The position numbers were made by a program, and so were the translations under genes. The notes below the pieces were generated by a model. It did not search any database, was not told the origin of the DNA, and saw only the letters and a program-made list of their open reading frames with translations. This document shows positions 40,501-47,398 of a DNA stretch of 64,000 nucleotides, piece by piece. Source of the DNA: an uncultured Candidatus Saccharibacteria bacterium (GTDB lineage Bacteria; Patescibacteriota; Saccharimonadia; Saccharimonadales; JAGQNJ01); NCBI GenBank assembly GCA_964590205.1, contig CAZPVO010000003.1:67643-131642 (forward strand), given 5' to 3'. Position 1 is the stretch's first letter, and every line of letters starts with the position of its first letter.

Positions 40501-42430
40501 AGTTAATGTAGGTTAGGCGGCCTACGCCAGAACTCTGATAAGCAATGTGTGCCAAGTTGGCGTTATCAAGAACAATTGTGTTCCAGTCGCCAGACCCGCT
40601 CGCCGCATCAACCGTAGTTGTATTGCTTGTGGTACAGTTAGCATTCGTACATTGTACATACTGAAGCCCTCCTGGTTGCAAATGATAGGTTAGTCTTGCT
40701 GTATTATCAGAAGCTAAAGCTATCCCTGGTGCACCTGTATTATTACCACCGCTATTATTAATAACGGTAGAAACCGACGTGGAACAATCAGTTGCTGTAC
40801 ATCGAACAAACGTAAATGAAGTGTTTGCGCCGTTAAATAGAAACATCCGTGCCATTCCATCCGTGCCAACGGCAATTCTTGCCGAACGTTGAGTTAGATT
40901 ATTTGCCCCGCTCATAACTACTACTGGTGTAGTAGTAGTGCTACAGTCGGAATTACAACGTAAAAACTTAAACTGATCATTCAGCGAATCGTAGTAAACA
41001 ATGTGGATGTTATTGCTACTATCAAGTGCTGCTGAGGCATGCGAACCAATACTGCCTGTCGATTGAAGTGTCCGTTGTGTAATACTTGAACAAAGTGTGT
41101 CGTTACACTTGGTAAAGCCAAGATCTGCCGCTGTCGGTTTGAAGCTTATAATCCTGGCCAAGCCACTACTGTCAAGCAATATTGTGTCGTGCTGACCGTC
41201 ACGAACTGCAGATAGCGTAGTATTGTAAAAAGTGGTGGTAAGGTTCCCTGCTGTCAGAGGCACTAGCGAAGCTGTATTAACCGTACCCGTAGTTGTATTT
41301 ACGGTTAGTAAATTTACTCCTGCTGCATTTTGAACAGCAAATGCCTGGTTTGAGTTGGCTGCATTCTTAAAAGTTACTGCGCCACCAACTGCAAAAGTAG
41401 CCGCTGTTTGTCCATTGGTTCGAATCTGCAACGGATTACTGTCATTTGTTCCTAGAACTGCCGTTGCACCGTATTTGTTACCGCCTTGTAGAAAAGCCGT
41501 TGTCGAAATTTGAATGTTGACAGTATTACCACTTTGATTGGTGGTAAGAGTAATACCTGTTCCTTGTAGCAATTTAATAACTTGGGAGTTATCACCTGTA
41601 CCAAATGTCAGAGATACATCGCCTACTTGGCCGTTAATAGAACTAACGCTATCTTCTTGTGTTGTACTTGTAGCAACTTGGCTTTGGATCGGTACTGAGT
41701 TGCTTGATGCACAATTGTCTGAACTTAAACATATTTCGCCCGAGCTATTTGGCAAAGTATAGACTTGATCAGATGTTAACGCACTGGCGTCAAACTGTCC
41801 AAATACGGTGCCATTGGCTGTACCAATAAACAGCGAGCCCCGTGCAACAACGTCACCATTCACAATTAATTTATTTTTGCCGCCTTTAGACTGTAGAACT
41901 GATAAAACGTTCCCTGTATCTTCACCTAGAGTCAAACTTTGTTCATTCACCGAGCTAGATGGTGATTTAAGCTGACCGATGTTGCGGCGCGATATAAACC
42001 CTGTGACACCGACTAACGCAATTACAATCAGCATCGCCACACCGGTTATGATGTAAACAGCTTTATTGCGGCCAAGTCTTCGTGGGAATAACGGTGTTTT
42101 GGGTTCTGCAGCTGGAGTCTGAGCCGGCTGCGTAGCAGTAGATGCTCCCGAATTAGGGTCACCTAACGGAGGTGATGCTACCGGGTTGGATGTGACAACA
42201 GATTCACTTGGGGCTGATTCTAAAGAGTTAGCATCCGGAACAATTGGCGGTTCATAGCTGTTTGTTGCTGTTTGAGATGGAGGTGGTGTTACTGGTTGAG
42301 AAACTGATTGTGTACTAACGGATGCAGCAGCAGTTGGAGTTGAGGCACCTTGATACGAGGCCCCTTCCCCCTGCTGGGTAGGAGTAAAAACTGTGTTCGC
42401 AACTGGGGTATTTTTATCTTCGTTTTGCAT
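31553..42430 (-). CDS. Giant (3625 aa) membrane-anchored modular fibre/adhesin-like protein with peptidase S74 chaperone domain
   Basis: N-terminal P/S/T-rich tail and TM (~41993-42062); repeated LP..SG.ICxxxxxC and GGN.FG...GTND motifs; six Cys-pair propeller blades (~40200-41220); YadA/Hep_Hag-like VIG..A repeats (~36600-36905); CBM4_9-like NPNFE...FYAR...FVDGV (~35760-36180); six Kelch blades NGY.Y..GG (~34700-35650); LVIVD repeats (~33560-34460); S74 SSDARLK...GFIAQEL...NY..IIPYLV.A (~32055-32290); coiled coil. Confidence 0.88.
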   Translation of the reverse strand: MQNEDKNTPVANTVFTPTQQGEGASYQGASTPTAAASVSTQSVSQPVTPPPSQTATNSYEPPIVPDANSLESAPSESVVTSNPVASPPLGDPNSGASTATQPAQTPAAEPKTPLFPRRLGRNKAVYIITGVAMLIVIALVGVTGFISRRNIGQLKSPSSSVNEQSLTLGEDTGNVLSVLQSKGGKNKLIVNGDVVARGSLFIGTANGTVFGQFDASALTSDQVYTLPNSSGEICLSSDNCASSNSVPIQSQVATSTTQEDSVSSINGQVGDVSLTFGTGDNSQVIKLLQGTGITLTTNQSGNTVNIQISTTAFLQGGNKYGATAVLGTNDSNPLQIRTNGQTAATFAVGGAVTFKNAANSNQAFAVQNAAGVNLLTVNTTTGTVNTASLVPLTAGNLTTTFYNTTLSAVRDGQHDTILLDSSGLARIISFKPTAADLGFTKCNDTLCSSITQRTLQSTGSIGSHASAALDSSNNIHIVYYDSLNDQFKFLRCNSDCSTTTTPVVVMSGANNLTQRSARIAVGTDGMARMFLFNGANTSFTFVRCTATDCSTSVSTVINNSGGNNTGAPGIALASDNTARLTYHLQPGGLQYVQCTNANCTTSNTTTVDAASGSGDWNTIVLDNANLAHIAYQSSGVGRLTYINCLNAACSSKTTQTVDNTSDAQATSIVLNAKGVPQIAYYDTTPNTLKFASCDDKTCANPTISTVDSSANVGQYVSAAIGPDGYAQLAYYDASNQRLRFANLGSASDTVTGSNIGSPTAYYGTEYVRDIITDRFTLAPTTNSSTAFQVKNTAGSNVLTVDTTDKRVIIGAGTPSATLTVNSSSPNDSGSDGTDADPVLNVLGAKGGNTVGGTGQIGGAGSSISLQAGNGGDAPNGSTNGAGGNITFQAGTAGSGIGGLTGTDGNIYFKLADGAGGTTTYKFATAAGSGTYDICTTANNCNGSGGSGDINNGGNAFGSAITIGTNDNYDLNFETHNITRLTVTSSGDVNVNNDLTVGSQLAVGGNASISPNVLVQTKESYSNTSGAVTGIQDWITLSPPSDSTVFSTALDGSLGLTGSGINYSGVYTSTAGTTNVSTTGAVSTVIGTSGWARNNGAGSVTSEFGMLALSDNNASGTVTSAIGLGTLVSNTSSGTITNAAGQLVLSAVNSGGGTIGTNFGINVQPQTAGTVDYGIAVGTADTQTLWLSSDADNTTAAAGIGFGLSRDTNLYRSAAATLKTDGNFIVGSTLTVPTGTAVLGTASSTSGSLLLYNAAGAGSITLNAANPGPTAYTITLPAENGTVCTTGSVCSGYQASGNYFTQNGNAFSATAKLGTTDANSLQFITGNNTQVTIANGGATTFQNSTNSSAGFRILTSLGDNILTANTSNGSVLLGQASSSSGTLVFNNSSNSNTTTLSVVAATGARTINLPDESGTICIQNSTNCGFASSSGSGNYINNSTTVQSNANFAVQSSATGSITGLIKAKSSQTADLLQFQDSSGNAVSGVTASGNFYFGRASGATGSLTFYNSGGSGSISLSASNPGSSTYAISLPNASGTVCLTSGNCAGIGGTGDILNNGNSFGSDVILGTNDSNNFKFETNNVTQATIAVGGATTFQNSVDSASAFAVKRSDGASLLTIVTSGIVPGVALGNDTTPIKGILAFHDSTAGNGFIGSILGANTFTASRTFTLPDESGTICTTGSVCSGYQASGTYWAQGGNTLGASTPGVLGTLDNNTLAIKTNNITRLVFDTSNTAYFGLATAGALNPSSFTLTGEGSNTAGRAGTAIQLQAGSSTTGTSNTAGGDLILAGGQSTGNVAGGNIIFQYSAAGTSGTSVNSLATACTISGTNGSLSCPGAGSSSERFGSGATAAGNNTVVIGNSATSPSGNAVVIGTSATGSSSAGNVIIGTSASGGNCATCVILGSSAAASGTVNRNVILGGSASSAFSDTVVLGASAASTAANQLVVQLGQAASSTATSGYFGNGVTSATPAAFTLNATGSSSAGVTAAALSVQGGNAASGLSNTTGGALNLNGGVGTGTGNGGDVNIKIAAAGSTGSTQNAQSTVVTISGNNGSALFQNAANSTSAFRVDNASGADILKINTLTSGLNLFGNPNFEQNTSLVTAKGSATITDDDSLSNFGSRSLKIATTAAANDGATFNLAFPAGGTYSVSFYARVDSGSMTTAQIGLTSNGSDINCLTGQTLNTTWTLFTCSTLVAGANGTTVAGAYIKQSDATARNIFVDGVTIVSGATGLTYTAPAQNLQVGAFQNHITLNNQNTGETGPWEKNNNSLPASVYGNGSVVYNGYVYSVGGFTATANGSAATTAVYYAKINADGSTGSWTTASQSLPAARGEFGNPVVVNGFMYVVSGHAANNGSNQTTVYYAKINSDGSTGAWQSGNTSGLTAKSGHVVFTANGYIYSASGGAGALFYAKVNSDGSLGGNGSSATAWNTGTTVGGRANATVVVANNTAYIIGGGANNTIITTTLDPLTGANSNVQTLSTPTLPANRQYHSGAFVNGYVYVIGGSTTGSTNTNNTIYYAKLNGDGTLGTFQTSSYTLPQSLLGQASVADNGYIYSLGGASANASSGTVYSNIYYASTARVLVGGSLDLVGLSNQALSDASGSDPSGSIGGSLTAGNTHIVGSLDVQGSANFDRNVNIDGDLHVSTGATFKNSFAAAPQQIGSVAFASTIDTWVQGNYAYSITSAFLVPQDISDPANPVNLGSTALTGTATSIQVVGKYAYVATSTSLQIIDISNPKSPSIVSTTAHGGATSNGIWVQGHYAYISTGSGVVRIMDVSNPISPSVTSTWTPVASGNGEIFGQGKYIYYTSTTTNLYIADISNPYSVTTTGFINSSGTNGTTGTGIGAAVNAIFVKGSYAYLGESSGKFEIINVSDPTAPTLTKSVTTGSATNQAIWVQGNYAYLGGNTAATSFSVYDVTVPSNAFSVLSNANVGNAIQTIQVAGRYAYMNANGNLRIYDMGGAYIQQLSAGGIAASQLYTEGTITDAGDLSVQGAASFGQGLSAQGSSSFGGDGNKSGLAPLNVTQSSASATAGSLQGQVTTVNNTGVTTSGTDTTFGQVINVTRTGATGGTANTYGVYSNVSADNAGAGTSNAYNYYAAMSLTTADNAYGYGVGGSIGGSGTMASYTGFSNNVSNLGISGSTTTNMYGFHNTVSLSGSGGCSGLCSGLTVSNIYGIQLDAPTIDGAPVVTNNYGINIDGLTSGATNYGIKVGASNSGSGTNYGIAIGTARTQTLWVGSDADNTSAAAGLAFGSSRDTNLYRSAADTLKTDDAFAVGTDFSISSAGNITTNASGISSTGGAWVAGVYLGVGSSRADAGAVRLQNNNNIAWRNAANNGNVTLGVNASNVFAFTNAATSGSAVAQFNNAGAETCTISPGAGTQFACSSDARLKGNVVTIANGLDVIKQLRGVNFTWNDDPTQKNQEGFIAQELMQILPQAVSQDSNGYYVANYQAIIPYLVGAAQTQDLQITGLQQGQTTSNNSVSNLTGQISDLSQRVSALENNQGNTNFASLNVSGTATVHNLTVTGAATIAQLTVTGNATFAGNITIQGHLLGNTDTRGTLTIPAGQTQLKFTFVKPYDLGSEPVVILTPKDTFAPRYRVDSTDKDFTIYFETPASTDVIMNYQVQQ

Positions 42431-42506
42431 TTGTGTTTGAACCTAAGCTTTGAGCTTATGGTTACCCCATATAAATTGTACGGCATCAGGAGTTAAAACC
42501 AAAGGA

Positions 42507-42531
42507 TTTTGCACACAAAATGTGTGCAAAA
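42507..42531. repeat. Perfect 11-bp inverted repeat (terminator or operator) between partner gene and giant gene
   Basis: TTTTGCACACA-AAA-TGTGTGCAAAA. Confidence 0.65.
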
Positions 42532-42535
42532 CTTC

Positions 42536-43372
42536 CTAAATCCACAAAATGATATAAATCGAACCTAGCCCAAAGAGTAAAACAATAAACGCCAGCCACG
42601 ATACTTGAAACAACTGCTTGAACAATGCTGTTCGAGCCAATGGATTACGTCCAACAGAGATAATCGAGCTATGAATAGCTCCATAAATAATCGATCCTTC
42701 CACAATAAGCAGCAAGAAAAAGATCACTAAAGCTACGATTACTTGAGCTTGGGTAACGGTTTTTCCGGTTATGGACTGCCCGAAAAGTACCAAATAAGGT
42801 TTTTGCTCGGCAGCGTCAAGACTTCGGTCGTGCGGATCGACATTGATCTTAACTTTGTTGATTAGAACTGTTCGTTCACTACCTTCTTTTGTGCTGACCT
42901 TCTGCGTAATCGCTTTATCTTTGTTAAAATCTTCTAATGCTGCCCCTACTACTTGGGTATCACTGTCAGCTGCCTTCATGCCTATTCCAGTCAGGGGTGA
43001 AACCACAATATAGTCACCCTGTTTGATGTCGCCATTCAGATCTGATACATACACGTCAGCATCACCCGAGGTCGTAACGTAAACTTGAGCATTAGAATTA
43101 CTCAAAGTTATCAAACTGGAATCAATCGTTGTGACAATTCCAACAACTTTACCCTTGTTACCATTGTTTGCTCGCTCAACAAGTTCGTTGCCATCTGAAC
43201 TATTTTTTGTTTGTGAAGCAATCATATTTATCTTCAGACTCGTATCTGTAGTGCTGTAGCCTTTTGAAATGCTAACAGCGAGCGCAGATGCAGCCGGTAG
43301 TAAAACCAATAAGCAAGCTACGGCTGCAGACAGTCGTAGATACCATTTAACAGATGACAAATTCTTGGCCAT
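42536..43372 (-). CDS. Exported/membrane protein with small beta domain and C-terminal GRNP helical hairpin
   Basis: Signal peptide-like N-terminus (ends ASALA); VVGIV...VYV..SG...V.VS..NG.I..GD.I..S...G.GMKA...VG.ALEDF; two TMs flanking SVGRNPLA. Confidence 0.75.
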   Translation of the reverse strand: MAKNLSSVKWYLRLSAAVACLLVLLPAASALAVSISKGYSTTDTSLKINMIASQTKNSSDGNELVERANNGNKGKVVGIVTTIDSSLITLSNSNAQVYVTTSGDADVYVSDLNGDIKQGDYIVVSPLTGIGMKAADSDTQVVGAALEDFNKDKAITQKVSTKEGSERTVLINKVKINVDPHDRSLDAAEQKPYLVLFGQSITGKTVTQAQVIVALVIFFLLLIVEGSIIYGAIHSSIISVGRNPLARTALFKQLFQVSWLAFIVLLFGLGSIYIILWI

Positions 43373-43451
43373 TCTTATTCGCCCTCAAGCGTTAGCATAA
43401 TGACTATTCTAGCGCATAGCGCGTCAGTTTACTATTGATTGAGAAGAAAGC

Positions 43452-43757
43452 TTAGGCGATTTTAGAAATTTTGATCGTAGTGTGACGCTGTCGATGACCG
43501 TGTACTTTTTTTACGCGTTTTTTAGCTTTGTAACGGATTGCGGTCACTTTATCGTCTTTTACTTCTTGTTCCAAGATATCAGCTGTAACTTTACCAGCGA
43601 GCTCAGGAGTACCAATCTCAACTTTATCACCATCAATGGTTAACAGAGGTTTAAAATCGACTTTTTTATCGGCAGTCTTCAGGAGCTCAATCTCAAGAGT
43701 CTCACCTTCAGATACGAGATATTGTTTGCCACCAGTAGTGATTACAGCTTTTTTCAT
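43452..43757 (-). CDS. rplU: 50S ribosomal protein L21
   Basis: AVITTGGKQY.V.EG, GHRQ..T.IKI. Confidence 0.96.
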   Translation of the reverse strand: MKKAVITTGGKQYLVSEGETLEIELLKTADKKVDFKPLLTIDGDKVEIGTPELAGKVTADILEQEVKDDKVTAIRYKAKKRVKKVHGHRQRHTTIKISKIA

Positions 43758-43794
43758 AATACCAATAGAGATTAACAGATAAGCATCTGTTTGT

Positions 43795-46704
43795 CTAGGC
43801 TTTTGCTAAAGCGATGGCTAGTTCAGCTCCCTCAACTTTTACCGAAGTTTCAAACTGTTTAGGCGGAGTTTTGACTAAACTTTTGGCCAAAACTTCTTGT
43901 TTTATGGTATCTTCGTGCTCTTCTATGGCCTTTGCCAACTCTTTGTCATCTGTTAGTAACGACACCGTTATGCGGTCATCGACATTCAAACCGGCTTGCT
44001 TGCGTGCACTCTGAATATTTCGGATAACTTCGCGCATTAACCCTTCTCGTTTTAGAACTGGAGTTAATCTTGTATCCAGTACAACAGATGGGTTAGGACC
44101 ACCTCCGACTTCACTAGCCGTTTTACTTGTAACTTTCTTAACATTTAGCTCTTCCTTGGCAATTTCAGCAAACTGATCATAGTATTCCTTCGCATCTACG
44201 GTATCAAATACGTTTACTAAAACTGCCTCAGTTAAAGGTTGGCGAACTTTGAGTTTAGCTTCGGCTCGCTTGGCGAGTCCATCAGTAATTGCGTCACGTA
44301 ACTTTTGCATTTCATCTATTAAAAGTTCGTTGATGTGGCCGACCTCTGGCCAGTCCAGCAAATGAACTGATTCCTCACCAGTGAGGTTACGGTATAGTTC
44401 TTCGCTCAAGAACGGTGTAAATGGCGCAAAAATTATTGCAACTTGAGTCAAGACATAGTGCAAAGTCTTGTATGCATCGTTCTTATCGGTGTCATTATCG
44501 CTCTTCCAGAAGCGTTTACGACTTCGGCGAACATACCAGTTACTGGCATCATCAACAAATTCTAGCATCGGTTTCATGGCATTTGGAATATCATAGCGCT
44601 GCATATGCCCGTCTACTTCTTTAGTCAACTGATGTACCCTGGAAACTACCCACTGATCAAGAGGGTTTTTAAGTTCTCCCGATGGATCTTCAAGCTTACC
44701 GTCCCATTCCCAACCATCAACATCGGCGTACATCGTAAAGAAGTCGTACATGTTCCAGATCATAGCCAATTTACGCTGCACATCCGCCACATCTTTGTCC
44801 TGCAGCGAGAAATCTTCACCGTTCAACAGAGTTGAACTGAGTAGTAAAAATCGCAAAGCATCAGCTGAATACATATCCATCAGCTCATTCGGATCGGTGT
44901 AGTTACCAAATTGCTTACTCATTTTGCGGCCATCATTACCTGCTAACGTCCCCGTTACGATGACATTGCTAAAAGCGTTTTTATCAAACAGACCTACGCC
45001 AACAGCGTGTAAGTAATAAAACCAGGCTCGCACCTGACCAACATACTCGGCGATAAAGTCAGCCGGGTAGCTTTGTTCAAACTTCTCAACATTTTCAAAT
45101 GGATAATGAAATTGTGCAAACGGCATGCTTCCAGATTCAAACCAGCAGTCCAAAACTTTGTCTATTCGAGTGTATTTGACGCCATCTATTGTAAATGTAA
45201 CATCATCTATCCACGGACGATGGTAGTCATCTAACTCAATACCGCTTAACTCCTTGAGTTCAGCGTAGCTGCCAACAACTTTGATGTGTTCTTTACCACT
45301 TTTATCTTTCCCTTTCCAAACAGGCATGGCTGTTGCCCAAAAACGGTCACGGCTTAAGTTCCAATCCGGTGCACTCTCAACTGTCTTAGCAAACCGCCCT
45401 TGCTTAACGTGCTCTGGAAACCAATGGATCGGGCTATTATCCTCAAGCATCTTCTCTTTCTGCCCCTGAATATCCAAGAACCAACTCGGGTGAGCCCGGT
45501 ATATCAACTTTGAATGACAGCGGTGACAGTGCGGATAGCTGTGGGTATAGTAGTAAATTCGGAGGGCTTTTCCCTGGCTCAAGAAGTTTTTAGCAATCTC
45601 TTTGTCAACATCCCAAACCTGTTTACCCTTCCAGTCACTCTCTGTTAGAAAGCCATTATCATCAATAACTGCTACCACTGGAAATTTCTTTTCTTGTGAC
45701 AGCTGATAATCTTCTTCACCATAAGCCGGCGCTTGAGAAACTATACCTGTGCCTTCCTCCATGCTGACAAACCAGGCATCGTAAATCTTATGGGCACCCT
45801 CACCCCAATCTTTGTAGTAAGGTTCGTAAGATCTGCCGACTAGCTCTTTACCCTTTAGTTCCCTCACTGTCTTGTACTCCAGGGGCTGATGTTTTTCATC
45901 TTGAAGGACTTCTGTGACTAAATCCTTTGCCAAGATGTACTTGTCTTTACCGACTTCAACTTCTGCGTAAGTAGCATCCTTATCGACAGCCAGACCAGTA
46001 TTAGCCAGTAGCGTCCATGGAACAGTTGTCCATACTAACAGATAAGTATCGCTGTCTTTCAATTTAAATTTGGCATATAGTGAAGGGTCGGTAACATCCT
46101 GGTATGAGTTATCCATGGCCACCTCAGCCTTGCTGATGGGTGTAGCATCGCGAATACAATACATAAGCACCTTTTCGCCCTCATAGATTTTGCCACGCTC
46201 ATACAGCTTCTTAAAAGCCCACCAGACGGATTCCATGTAATCTTTGTCCATGGTTTTGTAGGCACCCTTAAAATCAACCCAGCGGCCAATCCGATCAATA
46301 GTATCTTCCCAAAGAGATCCAGTCTGCACCATATTATCGCGACATGTGGTGATGTACTCTTCCAGGCTAACCTTTGTGCCGATGTCACGCTTATCAACAA
46401 TTCCGAGCTTTTTCTCTGTAAATACTTCAGCTGGAAGGCCGTGACAATCCCAACCCCAGACACGTTCAACACGCTTGCCTTTCATGGTCCAATAGCGTGG
46501 TACAGCATCTTTAACGATGGAGCTCAATAATGTTCCATGATGCGGCACCCCTGTTATAAACGGCGGGCCATCATAAAAAACATAACTATTAGATTGGGGT
46601 CGATTTTCGACAGACTTCTCAAAGGTCTTGTTGTCTTTCCAGTGAGTGACAAGATCTTTTTCGTATTCGATTGCTTTGCGACGACTTCCCTGTTTGAACT
46701 TCAC
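43795..46704 (-). CDS. ileS: Isoleucine--tRNA ligase, type 2 (eukaryote-like IleRS2)
   Basis: FYDGPPF..G.PHHGT, GWDCHGLP, WTTVPWTL, DWNLSRDRFW, WFESGSMP, KMSKQ, WYVRRSRKRFW. Confidence 0.96.
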   Translation of the reverse strand: MKFKQGSRRKAIEYEKDLVTHWKDNKTFEKSVENRPQSNSYVFYDGPPFITGVPHHGTLLSSIVKDAVPRYWTMKGKRVERVWGWDCHGLPAEVFTEKKLGIVDKRDIGTKVSLEEYITTCRDNMVQTGSLWEDTIDRIGRWVDFKGAYKTMDKDYMESVWWAFKKLYERGKIYEGEKVLMYCIRDATPISKAEVAMDNSYQDVTDPSLYAKFKLKDSDTYLLVWTTVPWTLLANTGLAVDKDATYAEVEVGKDKYILAKDLVTEVLQDEKHQPLEYKTVRELKGKELVGRSYEPYYKDWGEGAHKIYDAWFVSMEEGTGIVSQAPAYGEEDYQLSQEKKFPVVAVIDDNGFLTESDWKGKQVWDVDKEIAKNFLSQGKALRIYYYTHSYPHCHRCHSKLIYRAHPSWFLDIQGQKEKMLEDNSPIHWFPEHVKQGRFAKTVESAPDWNLSRDRFWATAMPVWKGKDKSGKEHIKVVGSYAELKELSGIELDDYHRPWIDDVTFTIDGVKYTRIDKVLDCWFESGSMPFAQFHYPFENVEKFEQSYPADFIAEYVGQVRAWFYYLHAVGVGLFDKNAFSNVIVTGTLAGNDGRKMSKQFGNYTDPNELMDMYSADALRFLLLSSTLLNGEDFSLQDKDVADVQRKLAMIWNMYDFFTMYADVDGWEWDGKLEDPSGELKNPLDQWVVSRVHQLTKEVDGHMQRYDIPNAMKPMLEFVDDASNWYVRRSRKRFWKSDNDTDKNDAYKTLHYVLTQVAIIFAPFTPFLSEELYRNLTGEESVHLLDWPEVGHINELLIDEMQKLRDAITDGLAKRAEAKLKVRQPLTEAVLVNVFDTVDAKEYYDQFAEIAKEELNVKKVTSKTASEVGGGPNPSVVLDTRLTPVLKREGLMREVIRNIQSARKQAGLNVDDRITVSLLTDDKELAKAIEEHEDTIKQEVLAKSLVKTPPKQFETSVKVEGAELAIALAKA

Positions 46705-46720
46705 GTTTCTTACCTCTTAA

Positions 46721-46880
46721 AAAATAAAAAGCCCCTGATCTTGTAGGAGCCAGCAAGCTGACGGTACCATCCTACTTTGGGACTTAATTGCGGGACGATT
46801 ACGGGCCCTACCGGTTAGGTTCTACTGAGCTTTAATAAACTGTTCTTCCTACTCCTCGTGGTTGATAGCCACTGATAACG
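46721..46880 (-). ncRNA. T-box riboswitch (Ile specifier) with ultra-short stem I and terminator
   Basis: Minus strand: GUGGCU-AUC-AACCAC hairpin, stem II with GAA/AGUA S-turn, GGGCCCGUAAUCGUCCC stem IIA, antiterminator AGGA-UGGUACC-GUCAGC-UU-GCUGGC-UCCU, terminator GCUCCU...AGGGGC-UUUUU; TTGCTC-17-TATATT promoter upstream. Confidence 0.85.
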
Positions 46881-46924
46881 GATTTACAGCTAAATATACG
46901 CTAAAGCTAAGGATAGAGCAATAC

Positions 46925-47188
46925 TCAAGCGGCCAGAAAACCAACGACATCATTAACTACTGGTAGCGGCGTACCGATCCAGCTTCGAGCCAATTGCCCA
47001 TCATCACGAACCGCTAGAACTGTTGGATATTGCATCACGTCGTACAGCTTAGCCATCTCTGACCCCGCTGGTGAATCAACATCGATAAGTTCACATTCAT
47101 AAGAGCTGTGGCGCTCAAAATCATGGGCAAACTCTTCCACGGCTCGCGCAAACTCAGAATCTGGCCGGTAGAGAATAATTGCTTTCAT
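46925..47188 (-). CDS. Small thioredoxin/glutaredoxin-fold protein lacking CxxC
   Basis: Strand-loop-helix start, IDVDS..G...A.LYDV..YPTVL (cis-Pro motif), DG.L...W.G. Confidence 0.65.
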   Translation of the reverse strand: MKAIILYRPDSEFARAVEEFAHDFERHSSYECELIDVDSPAGSEMAKLYDVMQYPTVLAVRDDGQLARSWIGTPLPVVNDVVGFLAA

Positions 47189-47225
47189 TCTTCAAGTTTA
47201 ACATAAGCTTTGGTCAGTATGTATC

Positions 47226-47398
47226 CCTGAGAAATTTGCACTTGAGCATAATACAAGGAAGAAATGAGCATTGGAACGAAGCGTATCTGTAATACGCTGA
47301 GGTGAAACGCGCAGTTTCTGACACCGTAGTACGCCAAGAGCAGTAGCAAAGTTGCAGCTTTGCTGACAATTTAGCTACTGCGGTGCACTTTTCTCAGG
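47226..47398. repeat. Nested palindromic (RPE/REP-like) intergenic element
   Basis: Outer stem CCTGAGAAA..TGCAC / GTGCA..TTTCTCAGG; inner AGAAA...GCGTAT-CTGTA-ATACGC...TTTCT and GCAGTAGC-AAAGTTG-CAGC-TTT-GCTG-ACAATTT-AGCTACTGC. Confidence 0.65.

Noticed and set aside
31553-43372. Prophage or tailocin interpretation of the S74 protein
   Set aside because: No capsid, terminase, sheath, baseplate, integrase or lysis genes nearby; the protein has a membrane anchor and housekeeping flanks.
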